Assembly (NCBI GenBank): GCA_905178155.1
Contig: CAJINV010000001.1
Span: 11,763,832-11,827,831 of the forward strand
From: Amoebophrya sp. A120
Lineage: Eukaryota > Protista > Dinoflagellata
Direction: 5' to 3'
Length of the DNA: 64,000 nt
Both the position numbers and the translations under genes were made by a program. Below the pieces are notes generated by a model. That model was not told where the DNA came from and ran no database searches. It saw nothing but the letters and a program-made list of their open reading frames with translations. Below, piece after piece: positions 31,432 through 46,400 of this stretch; positions within the stretch are counted from its first letter, which is position 1; each line of letters opens with the position of its first letter.

Positions 31432-34400
31432 TTACTCAGAAAAATCACCGTACTCCCCTTCTTCCGCGGCTTGCACGGTCTCTGTGATTCCCTTCTGCTG
31501 CGCTAAGCTCGAAGCCTGCGCTGTAGCGGGATCTGCCGCTGGCGCGGGAGCCGCTGCTGGTGGTTGTGCCTGTGCGGGAGCCGGTGGGGGCTGGGCTCCG
31601 TATGTTGGCTGCGCGTTGTACTGCGGCGCAGGTGGCTGCACCGGTGCAGCCTGCGGCATCATCGGCTGCTGTGGCTGACCGTACGGATTAGGTGGCGGCT
31701 GACCGTAGGGGTTCGCCGGTGGCGGCTGGCCATACGGGTTCGGTGGTGGCTGTGCTGCCCCGTACGGATTTGCGGGTGGCGGAGTGTATCCCATCGCCGG
31801 CGGCTGGTATGGGCCCGGCGGCTGCATCGGCTGCGGTGGGTACATCTGCTGCTGCGGTTGCCCGTACGGTGGCAGCGGCGCTGCGGGTGCAGGTGGCTGC
31901 TGCTGATACACCGGCGGCGGCTGCTGCCCGTACGGATTCGGTGGTTGCGGCGGCATCATCGGGGCCTGTTGTCCGTACGGCGGTACTGGCGGCTGCTGTC
32001 CGTACGCAGGCGGAAACGGTTGCTGCTGCTGCATGCCGTTGCCCGCCACTGGAATCGATTGCTGCAGCGTACTCCCCATGAGGCTTGGGGGCTCGCTACT
32101 CGCCGGTGGCTGATTTCCGATCGCCGGCGGCGGCGCGGCCATGGCGCTGTACTGCTGCTGCATGGCCGTTACACTTTGTTGCGGGCCGACCACGAGACTA
32201 GGCTGCGCGGTAAACGGCTGCTGCGGTGCTGTGTCAGCCACGGGTGCCGGCGGTTGCGGAGGCGGTGCGGACATCGAGGGTCTTTCGATCGTCAACCCGG
32301 ACGCGCGGGGCGTACGCGGCGTTTGGTTGCCGCCCGTCTGTACCAAGTGCTCCAAGCGGGCAACTTTGTCGGTCAGGACATCGAAGTGGAAGCTCAGCTT
32401 CCCACGCTGGTTATCTGGTCCCATCGGCACCTGCATCGCCTCCTTCTTGCGGTCCAGGTCGCGACCGGCAGGCCACTCGATGGACCGATACCTTTGAAAG
32501 AACAGAGACATAATTTCTTCAGTTTCAGTGAGTACAAACGACCCGCGACCCAAAGATAAATAAATTTTGCGTACTAGTAGCGCAAGTGAGAGCACCGGTG
32601 ACAAGCATTTCAAAACTACATCAGTAAAAGTACTTGTAAGCCATTCTAGCCAAGCTGATCCACTGGCCGGCTTGCGGACCGATGACCTCGCCCTGCACCT
32701 CCACCGTGAGCAAGTGACTGTCCGGCCCGTCGAGCGCCAAGGCTTTCTTCAAGTCGTCCACCGATAACCTCTTCGGCCCGTCGAGGTAGAAGTCGGCGCG
32801 CTGCCAAAAGTTGGGGTCGATCGGCGTGACCTTCACGTTCTGGAAGCCCTTGGCCGCCGCGATGGCGAACCCGTTGCCGACCACCCGGCAGTTGCAGAAC
32901 GACAGCACAAACCGCAACTGCCGAAACTGCTGCTGCAGTCGGGATTCCGCGTTGTACTTGATGTGGAAATTGCGGACCTGCACGTTAAACGCGAGCACGG
33001 GCGCGTATCGGACCACGGCCTGGATGCTGTCGCAGCCCAGCCACTTCATGAACTCCTGTTGCTCGTTCAGCGCGAGCGGCTTGGACGTGGCGGTCTCCAC
33101 GAGTCGCTGCAGCTTGTGGAACGGCGCCAGCCCGCCGGGATACTCCGTGGCGACGCCCTGCGCGATGTGCAGTTGCTGCATCAGGTTCTGCAGGAGCACA
33201 GGGTTCTTCGAGTCGAATTCCGACACGTTGTCCCGGAACCTCCCCAACCCGCTCTCCTCCGCGTCCACCGTGACACTGGTCACGCCCAGCACCGCGTCGA
33301 ATTTCTGTGCCAGGTCCTGGATCAGTACTTCCTCTTCCAGATTCACAAACCCTAAGAGCAGTAACCCCGTCGCGGGGTCGAGGAAGTACTGCTCGGCGTC
33401 CGACTGCAGCAGCCCCAAGGCCGCGGTCAGAGATTGCACCAGGGTCTGCCGCGCGACGTACGCGGCGCCGGGCGGACTGACCTGCGCGAGCAGCGTCGCG
33501 AAGTCCTTGATTTGCTTCTGCTCGAGCAGCTTTTGAAACTGCGCGCACTTCGCTTTCAGACCGTCCTTCTGATCCGGGTCGAGTACTGGGTTCGAGAAGC
33601 TGTCCTCCTCGGCCACGAGCTGCGCGAACTTTTCGTAGTCGTACCGGCCGTAGACGTCTTTGAAGGGCATGAACCGCAAAACTTGCAGCGCTTCCGTCAT
33701 GGACAGCACGTGCTGGATCCCGGCGCCGGTCAGGTCCTGGTACGCGGTGATTTGCAGAATGGACAAGACGATGCGCTTGTTCTCCAAGTACCCCACTTTT
33801 TCCGTGTCGAGGGCCCGCAGCCGCGGTTTCAGCAGGTTGAGTTTCATCACAAAGTTCGCCTTCATGAAGCCCGGCACCCAGGTGTCGAAGCTGGGGGGCA
33901 CGACGGAGGAGGGCTGGAACAGCTGGCGGAACGTGTTCAAGTCCAACGCATTCTGCGAGGGCCGGCCCGCGGCTTGCAACCGGGGTGAATTCAGTTTCGA
34001 CATCACGACGTTCCAGGCCTCGTCGAGCTGCTTCTCGGACAAAAGCAAGTCGTACTTCATCAGGATCGTTTTGAACTGGAACAGTTCCACGCGGCCGTCC
34101 TTCGCAAATTGCGCGAACGCGTTGTCCGTGGAGCCCGCTTCGCGCGTCAGGTTGTCCGCGGCGTACTGGATCACGTTGCGGTAGTACACCTCAAAGCCGT
34201 TACTGGCACTCCTGGACTCGAAGAACGTCTGGCGGAACTGCTGGAGATTCGGGGCCAGGTTGAACTGCGAAATCTTGCGGATCTGCCCGGGTGACAAACC
34301 GACCTGCAACGCGTTCAGTCCGGACACGAGCTCGCTCTCGCTCAGCTGATAGGACGATGGGAAGGCACCTGTTGAATGATTGGAGAGAACGTGAATCGCA

Positions 34401-37400
34401 ATCATGTTTGACAAAAAGAACTCTTTCGAAACTTGAGTTTCTCCACGTGGTTCCTTTAGATGTTTTGAGTTTTTTCACGTTTCATCCTCCACGTCATGCA
34501 TGTAGTAGATGTTTGTACTCATCCTCTAGTTCAAAAAACTCAAAAAAAACAATTTACGGAAGAGCGCATCGAGCGGCTGTCGGCGTTCACGGAGCACGAC
34601 GAACAGGTGGAACGCGACGGGTTCCACAAATAGATCGATTTCTGGAATCATGGGATCGGCCGCCGCTTGCGTGAACTGCGACACCCGCGGAGTGACCGTT
34701 CCGGCGGATGCGGACCAGCACTTTTGCACAAACGCCGCGACGTTCACATTTCCCTGTCGATCGCGGCTGATGTGCGCGAGCACGCGGGTCATGTTCAGTA
34801 GGTCCGTGTAGCCCACCGACGCCAAGGCCGCACCAAATTCGTCCTCGGACAGCAGCCCCTTGGTTTTCGGCTGCGCTCTTGCGAAATCGAGCAGCGCGTC
34901 CGTCAAGGCGTCCTCCATTTTCGGAAGGGTGGCTTTTCGCTTTTCCGCCTCCGGCACGAACTTGCGGAGCATCCGCCCGCCCTCCATCACCGCCCACTCG
35001 GGGCCGGACAAGACCAAATCCTTGCTGTGCGAAATCACGTCGATGAAGTCCTGCACCGGGATTTCGCCCTTGCGTCCCGCCAGTCTTGTGAACACCGCGG
35101 CCCGCTCCTCCGCATCGATCTCGCACGGGAAGGCGGACAAAACCTGGTCGCATTCCTGCCGGTCGATCGTGCCACTGTTGTCCGCGTCGTACAGCTTCAC
35201 CACGTCCGCTAGCGACTTCCCGGACTCCGCGATCTTCAAGCGCAGCCGGTTCAAAACGATGTTGTAGTGCTCGTCGACGATGGCGGTTAACCGGGCGGCA
35301 TTCTGCGACGAGAACGAGAACTCCAGAGTGATGCTCTCCTCTGCGTGATTTTTTTGAGTAAACGAAATTAACAAATCGAGTACACAACGAACTTGGAGCG
35401 CGTTTTCTTCACAAGAACTTGGTTTTGGAATAACCTCCAAAAAACATCAGAATCAATAAAGGTAAAAAAAGCACTTTTCGCGTTCGCGGATGTCGGTCGA
35501 CCGCCACCGGTGACGTCGACCGTCAACGACTTGGTGACGACGTTCAGGTCCCGGCCCTGCGGCCATTCGGGGCCGCCGTAGGCAATTTCGGACTTGGTCA
35601 ACGGCACCCACTGGTTGGTCGTTGCGTCCAGTCCGTACAAGAACAGTGTCAGCATGTCCTCCGCTTTTGCGTCCGCTTGCGTCGCCGCGACTAGCTTCTT
35701 CAACGACACCCGCTCCGGCCCATCCAGGTAGAATTCCGCCGCCTGGAACCAGTCGGTCGGCATGAACACTTTGGACACGCCGCCCATGAACCCCTTCTGC
35801 TGTTTGGGCGGTGTGAAACTGTTCAGCGCCACCATCTGCTGCCCGAAACTGAGGTCCAACCGGAACTGCGTGAAGTAGTCCTTGGCCGCGCTGCTCTTCA
35901 CGCACATCTTCTCCAGCATGACGGAAAAGCACGTGACCGCGGGGTAGTAAACCGCGTTGTTCGTTTGCTGCGACCACTTCTGCAGACTGTCGAGGTCACC
36001 ACGACTGATGCCCGCCTGCATCTCCACCAGTGAACCGGACAACTTGTCGAACGGAATGACCCCGTCCTTGTACTTTACCTCGAAGACCTCGCACAGCTCC
36101 GCCTGCTTCTCGATCGGCAGGCGCAGTGGGCAGAGCACGCTCCGTCCGTCGTTGTAATCGATGGCCCGCGCCGGCTTGCGCTTCATTGCGAGTGACCCCA
36201 CCTGGTCCGCCAATCCTGGAGAAGCCGCACCGGATTGGGATTTGCTAGCCCGCCGGACCAGCGCCTCCTCCTCCGTTCGCAAATGCTCAAACCGCGCCGC
36301 GATCTCCATGACGTCCACGACGCGGCGACCAAGAACGTCGGAAATCGTGCCGAGATACAACAAGGACGCGGACTCTCCGCTCAAGTACTCGAGCACCTCT
36401 TCTGGATTCAGCTCCAGTCGCGCCCGCAGGTGATTGACCAGCGCCTCGCAGTCCACGCGGTAATTGACCGCCGCCGCACCGGTTTCCCGCTGGACCTGCT
36501 GCGCGATGTCCTGCATCAGGGATTGCAGCGAGACGATGTTCTTTCGACTCAAAATCTGCTGCACGTCCTGCACCGATTTGAGAATGGCAATTTTCCGCAC
36601 GTCGTCCAGCGGCCCCCGGTTCACGTCGACCTTCTCCTCCAATTTCTGCAGGAACTCGTGGTAGTTGTAGGTTTGGTACGGATCCATCGGGCCGCCCTTG
36701 TTCGGCGCGAGGCGGAGAATCTGGTTCAGTTCCACCTCCCCACCGAGTTCCACTGGCATGGAAAGCTTCAGGGCGAGACAGAACTCGTTGCGCGTGATCC
36801 AGCGGGTTTTACGGAGATCCAAATGCTCGAACATCTTCAGCAGACTGCCGATCTTCTTGCTGCTCATGGTCTGGATTACCTGGGCAAGGTCCTCGAACTT
36901 CTGCACCGGCACCGGGGCGGACAGGATGCGCGCGAACATCGCCTGGTCGAGGAACTGCTTCCGCTCCCGATCCACCAGCAGCCAAAGGCGGTCCATTTGC
37001 TGTGGCGTCAGCGTGCAGTCGTAGTTCTCCTGGACGAAAGAGAGGAACTCGGGCTTGTACAATTTCGTCAAATCTCCGCTGGTCCTCGGGATGCTGCGCC
37101 ACAGCATGTCGATGTTGTAGTTCGCGGACTGGTTCTGCTGGATGTGGTACGCGATCTGGCGCAGCATCAGGAACAAGTAGCTGTCCAGCGTTGGGCTCAT
37201 GCGCCCGAACAGCTCGACGAAGTGCGCTTCCGAAATGTCGCCGCCGGTCTCGCCCTTGGCCATGAAGTTGTGCAGCATGCGGACCTGGTCGCGGCTGAAC
37301 TCCGCGTTCAAAGTCTTCTTGAACGCCATGAAGAGCTCGTCGACGTCGATGTTGCCGTCGCCGGACTCGTCCATCTGGCGGAACAGGGCGGACAGGGACT

Positions 37401-40400
37401 GCCGGCGCATGAGAATCCGGAATCGGATTTCTGCCATCAGCATGTCGTACAGCACCGGGTCCACGTTCTCCACCGACAACACGTCGTCCTCGGCCGTGGC
37501 GGACCGCTGCAGCTTGTTCCGCTCCTCCATGTAGGTTTTCACGAAAGCATCAACTGGAATGGCCAACGGTATGTCGGTCTTCAACCCGCGTTCCACTTCG
37601 AGCATGTCCGGGGATACCCGGTACGCAGCCTTCCACAGACACTCCATCAGCACGGGGTTGCGGGTCAGGGTGGGTTCCGCGAACCGCTCGAGAAACTTCC
37701 CGAACTCGGCCTGCTGGAGGGCGTCGTCCTTCCGCGCGCTGAAGACCTTCACCTCCTCCGCTACACCCTGCGCGAAGAAGATGGGCCGGCTTTCCTTCTG
37801 GCGCTTCTCGAAGATGCGGCCGAAGATGTTCTGCGAAAACTCCTGCTTCGCCCACCCGTTACTGGGTTTCGACAGCGCTTCGAGCAAGCGGCCAGCGTTT
37901 CTTGTAGAAACGGTAAAATTGAACTCGAACATCGGCTTCTTCGTCTGCGGCTCGACGTTGACGATCTTGGTTTCCGTGAAACGCAGATCCCTTCCTGGCA
38001 TCCAGGGCTCCTGACCGAGGCGAAACGCGAAGCTGCCGAGCAGCTGTGCCGGTGCGCCGCCGCGCGGCGAGATGCTGGCCGTCGTGTTCTCTGCCGGTGC
38101 TTCGCCGTACAGCTCGAAGGTCAAAGGCTCGGGCGCATTGGGGTCCATGGCTTTTCGAATGTCGAGGGCGGCAAGCTTGTTCGGGCCGTCCAAGAAGAAC
38201 TCGCCGAACTGCCGCCAGGTGACCGGCTGGATCTCGGATTTCTTGAAGAACCCAGTCGCTTTTGGGAGTTCGAAACGGGGTAAAGTCACTGAATAGCCCG
38301 CGAACTTCACCACGAAGAAGAATCCCCGCCAGGTGAACTCTTTCGGCCCGGTTTGCTTCAAAGACATCTTCTCGACTTGCACGGAGAACGCGAACAGCGC
38401 CGCAAAGTTCTTATTCTCCACGTAAATGGTATCGGCGGACAGGTAGTTCTGCACTGCCATTTTTTCGTTGGCGGACAACGTTTTTGCGACCAGCTTCGAC
38501 GTCTCCATGGTTTGGAAAACCTGTTCCAGCATCGGGCCCTCTTTTTCCTTTTTCACTAGCAAGTCCTCCAAACCGTACACCAATGCGTTCTGCTGCGGAA
38601 GCGACAGCAAGTCGACCATTGGGCTGGGGTCTTGCGAAGCACGCACTGCCTTCTTCGGATCGGACCCCGTAGTCTGCGCCGTCCCGCATAAGTGGTCCAT
38701 GCGCTGTCCCAGTTCGACCAGATCGAGCGTTTGCGTTTGGCTGTCCATCAATGTCAGTTGGAGAATACTTGTCGCTTCGTTCTGTAACAGGTTCGCGATG
38801 TCCTGATTTGATAAACCCAGCACCCGCTGCAGATTGGGCCCCAAATCCCGCCACGGTACGCGGCTCTCGCGCTGCTTCAAATCGTTATTCGGGAACGCTT
38901 GCGCCAAACAGTCCTGCATGTTTCGGAAACGCTTCTTCTCCATCATTTGCTTCAAGTACGTCGCCGCGGGTTGCAGTGCTTGTTTGTCGTACGGCTTTGG
39001 CAGCTTCGCGTCTGCGCGCTGCATCTCGATTGCCGGGTCGAGTTTCTCGCGGAATTTCAGGAAAATGCAGTCCCCCGCTGGCCCGCCCTTCGTCGGCATC
39101 AAGCGGAGCAGATGCTCCAAGCCGCGGGAGGTGAGGCCCGGAAGCGCGTAACGCAATACCCGAATCACCTCGTTCTTTGGCAGCATGGACTGGGCGTTGA
39201 CGGGTGCACCCTGCGTGCTGCTCGTGTACCATGTTTCCAGCACCGTCATCACCGTCTTCAGTTGCTGCTTGGTCAACAACCGGACGTCGCCGAACATCAC
39301 CACCGGTCGTCCCACGTTCTCCAGCACCTGCATAAACCTCGTCTTCGACAACTTCTCCGCCTTCGCGTCGTTGCACAAGACTGCCCATAATGCGTCCTTC
39401 TGCGCGTCGGAGAGCGTCAAATCGTACTTCGCGACCCAGTTCTCCACCTCGTACTTCGTCACTTCCTGTTTATCCGTGCCGAAGCCACGCGCCCACACGG
39501 TCTCCAACAGCGGGTGCGGTGAGGAGACGGTGGCAGCCGTAGTTCCGGCCATGGCGACGCCAGCGCCTTCCGCCTCGACAATGCGACGAATCACCGCGAA
39601 GTAGTAGAGTTCATTGTTTTTATTCGCTCGGCCGAAAGCCTCGGTGAAGTCTGCTTTCGAAACCGTCGTCTTCAACGGGTTCGCAGCCAGGGATGCTGCG
39701 CTCACGATTTTCAGCTGTTCGAAGAAATTTGCGGCCTGCAGCGGCGCCAGGTTGCACCCGAGCTGCCGTAATCCGTCCTCGAGCATCTTTTGGTTTACTT
39801 CCCCGAGTCCCTGCGGGTCCAGCTGCCGGAACGTAATCTCCGCGGACTGCTTCGGGTACAGCTCGCGCACGAACATCGCGACGACGTCCACGAGGAAGGT
39901 GGTTGGATCGATTTGCACGTCGGTCACTGTGAACGGCAGTCCGGTATTCACTGGTGCTTTCGGCGCGGCCTGCGGGGGCGGCATCATCGGCGCTGCCGGT
40001 ACCAAGGACCCCATCGGCGGGGGTCCGCCCGCGGTCGCTGCATCTGCCGGCGCGAACTTCTGCACAAACGCAGGTAAATCGAGGTCGCCAGTAGTTAGCA
40101 GTGGTAGTGTTGGAAAGCGTTTTTCGACGATGTCAGCGCGCAATGTTGGAACGAGTGTCACCACGACGGAGACGAACTGCTGCTTGGTCAGCGATTGACC
40201 GCCCGGCTGCGTCATGTAGGCTGCTAGCTCCTCGTAGACTCCGGGGGCACCTGGATTTTTCCACGGATTTATTTGTCGATGCAGTCCAAAATCTGTTTCT
40301 TTCATCACAACAGCTGCGGATAAAGCTACATCAGTCGACACTTCAAGAAGTCATTAAAGTAAGTATTTGTACCGACACTCAATCCCCGCGCCTTCCGCTT

Positions 40401-43400
40401 CTCCATACAAGCGTCCACGATTTTCTTGCACAGTTCCGGGGTGGTGATTTCGCTCGCGGTTCCGCCCTCACTGCTGGCACCACTGCGGTCGACCGCGTAA
40501 CTGAAGAGGTTTGCCGAGATGGTCGGCTCCATGCTGCCGATCTTGACGTTCTCGTTGGGCTGAATGTCCCGCCCTGGGTAGCAGTCGACAAGCATGTTGA
40601 AGACGTCGTTTTTCGTCTGTCTGTCGCTTTCGATAAGCACCTGGACCGGTTCCGGAAACGCATTGAACAGCTGGAACACTTCCTTTTCCCGTAACCGTCC
40701 ATCGGCATCTGCGTCGAACACCTGGCACACTTGCAGCATGTTCTTCTGCATCGCGGGCAACGCGGCGGCCATCGCAGCTATTGTGGCATATGATGTGAGC
40801 AGATACCAAAGAATTCAAAAGAAAAAGTTTTGTCCCCATAGTACACAAGTTGCAAAAAGCGAAAGTCAAAGGGTCGCAGCGAAATCCAAAATGAAAAAAA
40901 ACGCGCTATACCCATGACTTTCTTCAGCGCTTCCGGCGGCTCCTCCTGCGCCGTGTGCGCCGTGGGGTCGGGGACGGCGGAGCCAATCGTCTCCAAGACG
41001 TTTTGGTAGGCCTGCTGCACGGGATTCTTACTTTGCATCAAAGAGGGTTTGATTCCCAAGACCGCTGCCAAAAATTCGTCGTAGTCAATGTTCCCAGTCC
41101 CGTCCTTGTCCGTCATGGCAAACAGCTTTTCCAGTTGTGCTTCCGACGCACTTTGCTCGAACATGCGCAGCGTCTGGAAAAGGCTCACTTTCGTGACGGA
41201 TTTGTGCCGGTCGGTGGGGTCGACCGTCGCGATCTTCTCAAACAAGTTCGCCACCAACGTCTCCAGCGGCGCGCCTGTGGTGTCCGCGGACTTCAAACTC
41301 GCTTTGATCCTGGTAAACAAATCCAGCGCCCACTTTTCATCCGCCTGCACCTGCCCGATGTTCGCGCCGAAGTGGTACGACAAAGCGTTGTCAAATTCGG
41401 TGTAGCTCACCCGGCCGTCCCCGTCTGAATCGACGAAGGTGAACAGCTGCTCCCGCTCCACGGTCGTCAACCCGAGGGGCATGGACTGCAGGTACTGCAC
41501 AAACTCGGCTTTGGTCAACGTCTGGTCCCGTCCCTGGTTGAAGCGGAAGAAAATGTCCTTCGTCTGCACGCCGCGGCGCTGCACTTTCTCCCGGATGATC
41601 GTCATCAGGTAGCCGACGTTGACGCCCCCGATGGTCGTGGCGGAGTACTTCATGTCCTCCGGCCGCGGGCCGCCAGCAGCGGACGCGTCCAGCGCAACTG
41701 GGAGGTGGAAATAGAGGGCATTACGCAAAACTTTTGGGAAGCAAGTCGGAGACATGCAGCAAGCTAGCACAAGGAAATCACTAAGCAGAAAACCTACTTA
41801 AAAATGACGTCAGTTTCTGTACGGGGCTCTCCGGAATTGATCCACCGGAAGAAAGAGGTCCACTGCGCGCGTCCCTCGGCGTCTTTGTCCACGACAACAG
41901 AGATCTTGTCCCACTCGTCGTCGGTGAAAATGGTGCACTCCCGTGTGGCAAACCGCCCGATCTCGGACCGCAGCGTCTCCATTTGCAGGGGTGCAGATCC
42001 GAAGCTTTCAAAAGAACTCACCAAGCCCTTCGGGTGCCCGCGACGCATCGCCTCCATGTCAAACTGTAGTGAAGAAGAAGAAGTTGGAGTATTTTATTAA
42101 TTTTGCACCCCTTAAGACACAAAAACAAGATGACCGCAGCTAGCAAATGAACTACACAAAAACCGAGTTCGTCCTTCTTCTACCTGTTTGATCCACTGTC
42201 TTGTCCACGTTTCGACTTCCTGTGTTTTCGGCGCACCTTTCAGCAAGTTCTCCAACAGTGGCAGGCTCAATTTTCCCACGTCATTCGGAGCAGCGCCCTG
42301 CGTCAGCTCCTTCAACAACCACAAACCTTCTTCCGCGGACAGCCCCAGATCGCCGCGACCGAGCGCGTGCTGCCAGTCCGCCTGCGGAATGGCTGGTTCG
42401 TTTTGCGGCCCCGTGGTCGCCAACGCGTAGACCCCGAACGTGTTGTGGACCGTGGCGTTCTTGTACTGCAAGTTGCGACTCAGCCGGTTTACCAGGCAGA
42501 ACGCCATATTCTGGTTCGTTACCTGGGGTGACGTCCGCGAGCTGGTGGCATTCAGCGCCCGCTGCGCTGTGCTGGTGGCGATCGGCTGCGGGGTCAGAAC
42601 CCCCGTCCCCGGCTGCCCGCCCGCAACGCCGACCAGGAACACCGACTGCGGCCCGAACATCGCCTGGAATTCCGTGAAGTCCACAGACCCGTCGTTGTTC
42701 TTGTCCGCCAGTTGCCACAACCGCTTCAACTGCGAGGGAGACAGGGAGTCGTCGAACGCCGTCAGCAACTTCTGGAAATGCTCCAGGCGCATGGTTGGAG
42801 AGGAACCCACCAACGCGTCAAACACCTGCTGCAGCGACTTCCCGCTGGATTGGATTGCGTTCACGATCCGCTGGATGATCTCCTTCGCCCAGCGCTCGAT
42901 CCCCTCGTACTGCGAGCCCTTCACGATGGCCTTCTCAAACTCCTCGCTATTCACCACGCCGTCTCCGTTTACGTCGATCTTCTTGAACACCATCAACCGC
43001 TCGTCGGACGAACCGCCGACGCCCAACCGCCGACACCCCTCGTCAAACTCCTGCTGGGTGATCTTTTGGTCTTTGTCCGTGTCAAACGAGTCGAACGCTT
43101 CCCGGGTCGTCCGGAACCCCTTCTGCAGCAACTTCGTGAACAGCTTTCCGAGCAGGATCACGTAGTACTCCTCGGACACCAAATCGCTGTTCAGGAAATC
43201 ATCAAACCCGGACTTCCCGAACTGCCGCTGGAAGGTCTCCATCGTCAAACAGCCGTCCGCACTCTTGTCGAGCGCGCGCCACAGCGTTGCCAGCTGGTCG
43301 TCACTGAGACCAGGGTTCATGCGCCGGATCAAGTTCAGGAACGGACCTTCATCGACCAAGCCCCGCCGGTTGTTCTCGACAAGACCGTTGTAGACGTCCA

Positions 43401-46400
43401 CCGTGTCCTTCCCGGACCGCGCAATCGCGCCCTTCAGCTTCGAGAAGATGTCGATCGTCCAGAGAATCGGCTGCTTGTTCGTGGAGATCTCCGCCTCGGT
43501 AATTGCGTTCTTCAAGTCTTCGAGCGAAATCAGCGAATCCGTCAACGCGCCGGCGCCGCCGCGACTGGCTAGCCTTGCAAACAGCATGTCGATCTCCAAG
43601 TCGCTGAAACCTAGTTGCAATTCCTTGAACGCGCGGTTGACATCGCCCTTCCCTAACTTTCCGTCCTTGTCGGCATCGAAGGTGGTGAAGGCGACGCCCG
43701 CCTGCGGAAAGCCCTTGTCTTTCAACTTGTTGATGATTCGGTTCAGGCAGATGTAGAAGTAGGCGTCGTCCATTTCCCCCGCGTCAACCACCGTGCCGCC
43801 GGACTCCAGCGCCTTGGGCGCGACGAAGGCGGTGGTGGTCAGATTTCCCGTGCCGACGTAAGTTTGGAACGCATCGACAAAATCGTTGAAGTGGACGTAG
43901 CCGGAGCTTTCCTTGTCGAACACCTGCCAGAGTTTCTTCACCTGGTCGGGGCGCACCCCGAGGGAAAAATTCCCGAGTTGCGTTTCGAAGTCCTTTCGCG
44001 CCAGCACGTTCCCCTTCGTGACCGTGAAGAAGACCTGCTTCCACTCTTTCCCGGCCCACTTGCACGCGGTCGCGAGGCGGAGGAGGCAATCCTTCCGCCA
44101 CTGCTCCAGCGGCGTGTTCTTTGCTTCCGCTTCGCGCAGGGCGGACTCGAATTCCTGGAGGGACACGAACCGCCTCTTGCTGACGTCGAGCATGGTGAAC
44201 ACTTGCTTCAGCTCGTCTGCGTCGATGCCCAAAGGCATCTTCAACGCCTCCTGCGTGAATTCCTGCGTCGACAGCATCCCGTCCCGGTCGAGGTCGGCCT
44301 TCTCGAACCACGCGCGGGCGGAAACCCGCTGCTGCTGCAACCGTCGCGACATGCGCTCCAGCACTTGCGTGAAGAGCTCCTGGGTGACCGGCACCTTCGC
44401 CTTCTGTCCGCCGGCGGCGAGCGCCTTCACGCGACTTCTGTCCACGTCGACCCAGCGAATGGCGAGGTCGACGCTGCCGAGCGCGACGCTGCGCGGGTCC
44501 GCGAGATTGGTCTTCATGGTGAAATTCCCGCGCACCACGCCCATGCTGTCGCGGAGCAGGCTCTGGATGGGGACGCGGACTTCCGCGAGCTTCTGCTTCG
44601 TGCTGTCCGCGTACAGGCCAATGGTCAGGCCGCGGCCGCTTTCGGCCCACATCAGAAACTGGTCGTTCACGCGAACCGGAACCCGACGATCCTCGTCGAA
44701 CCGACATGTTCCCTGGGAGGTTTGGAATTCGATTTGCGTTTTCGTTTACCTAGCGCTGCATAACAGCATGCGCTGACTTTCAATTTGCTTTGAATTTGTA
44801 TCCATTCATCAGATTTAGAAGTGACGCATTTACATAATGCAACGAGTAGATTTTCATATTAGCCTCTTATTACCTGTGCGATATTCGTGAACCGTACAGC
44901 TTTTGTGGCGATGGGCCGCTCGTAGCCGGAAATGTCGTATTGCAGGTAGACCCGCCCGGAATCCAGGATGTTCGTTGGCAGTTTCGTGAAACCGGAGCAC
45001 TGGTAGAACTGCACGAACAGCTGCTGGATCTGAAATTTATTGATCAAAGACAGAACTTCAATCTTTCGAAACGACGGTGGGTTGCACGACAAATCAATTG
45101 TCACAAAACGACGGACTAAAGAGGATAGATGAAAGAGGCATGATCTCTGTTCTGAAGCTTGGTTTTTGCGCCGCACCCACGCGGTTGACGTGAACTGGAT
45201 CCGGCTTCACATCCTTGTAACCTGTCTCTGGTTCCTCTCTCTCTCAACTCCATCATCTTGTTTCTCTCACGATTAACACTCAGGCTCCCCGCCACATATC
45301 GCCACTTTGCATTTTTCTTTTGCTATCGTGCCTAAGTAAACTCTTTGTGACTCTGGTAAAAAAAGCCAAATCTCGGTCAAATCGCGGTCCACATGATTTC
45401 GGTACAAACGAGACCGCAAGCAACGCCAGTCTCGGATTGATAAGTGGTCGATAGGCATAGTGTACAGGTGGTGCGCATATTTTTCATAAGGCTCCGCCAT
45501 CCTAGTCCGCCGCTCGAGCCTCCAACTTTTGAACCCAAGCCTCACTGGTTTTCTTGCAGCATCTTGTCCAATTTTTGCGAAAGCGGGTTATTCTGCGCTT
45601 CAGCTACGACGGCCGCCCTCCTTTCTTCCACGCGCTTCAGTGCCTCTTCTTTTGTTTGGATGTGCTGGTGCAGAATCTTTGTTGCTTCTTGCCAATCCTG
45701 TGTCTCATTGTACTTCTGAATCGCCCGGCGGCGCGCGCTCTCGGGCGTCTGTTCCCACTCTTCTTTCGAGCGCTCGCGGAAGTAGCGCTGCGCAAATGCC
45801 GGGTTGTCGAGGTACTGCTGTGTCTCGCCCCAGCGATCGGAGGCAGAGGTAGGAGAGTTGGAGCGTCGAGGTGTTGGCAGGTTGTCCATCGCTGGAGCCC
45901 CTTCCAAGGTCTTGCTCTTCCGCTTCTCCGTCTCCTGCCCCCACTGTTCAGAGGCACTATTTCTTCGCGGCGTATAGGCCAGTCCAGATTCGAACTCCAG
46001 GTTTTCTTCGTGCCGCGGCGTCATGTGCTCGCTCACATTCTTACTCACCCCTTGACTGATTTTGCTCTGAACTACTCGTGGCGTCGAAACGGCCGGCCGG
46101 TCGTCCGGTTTCGCAGTCGGAAGAGACAGCGGGGACATCATGGAGATCTTGTTTACACCCACAGGAGGAGAGGGGCCAGTTTTACTGTTCAAAATCTCGT
46201 CCGCGGCCTTTGCCCGAGGGACATTAACGACTTGATCAACAGCAGTACTCGCCGTAGCGCCCTCCGCTTTGAGATCCGACATCAAAGCAAACATATTCCC
46301 ATCCTTTTCTCGCCCGCCGACGGCGCCAATTTCTTGATTAGCGTTCTTCATATCTTCCTCATCAACCCCCCCTGTTTCCACCATCGGCATTTGCTGAACC

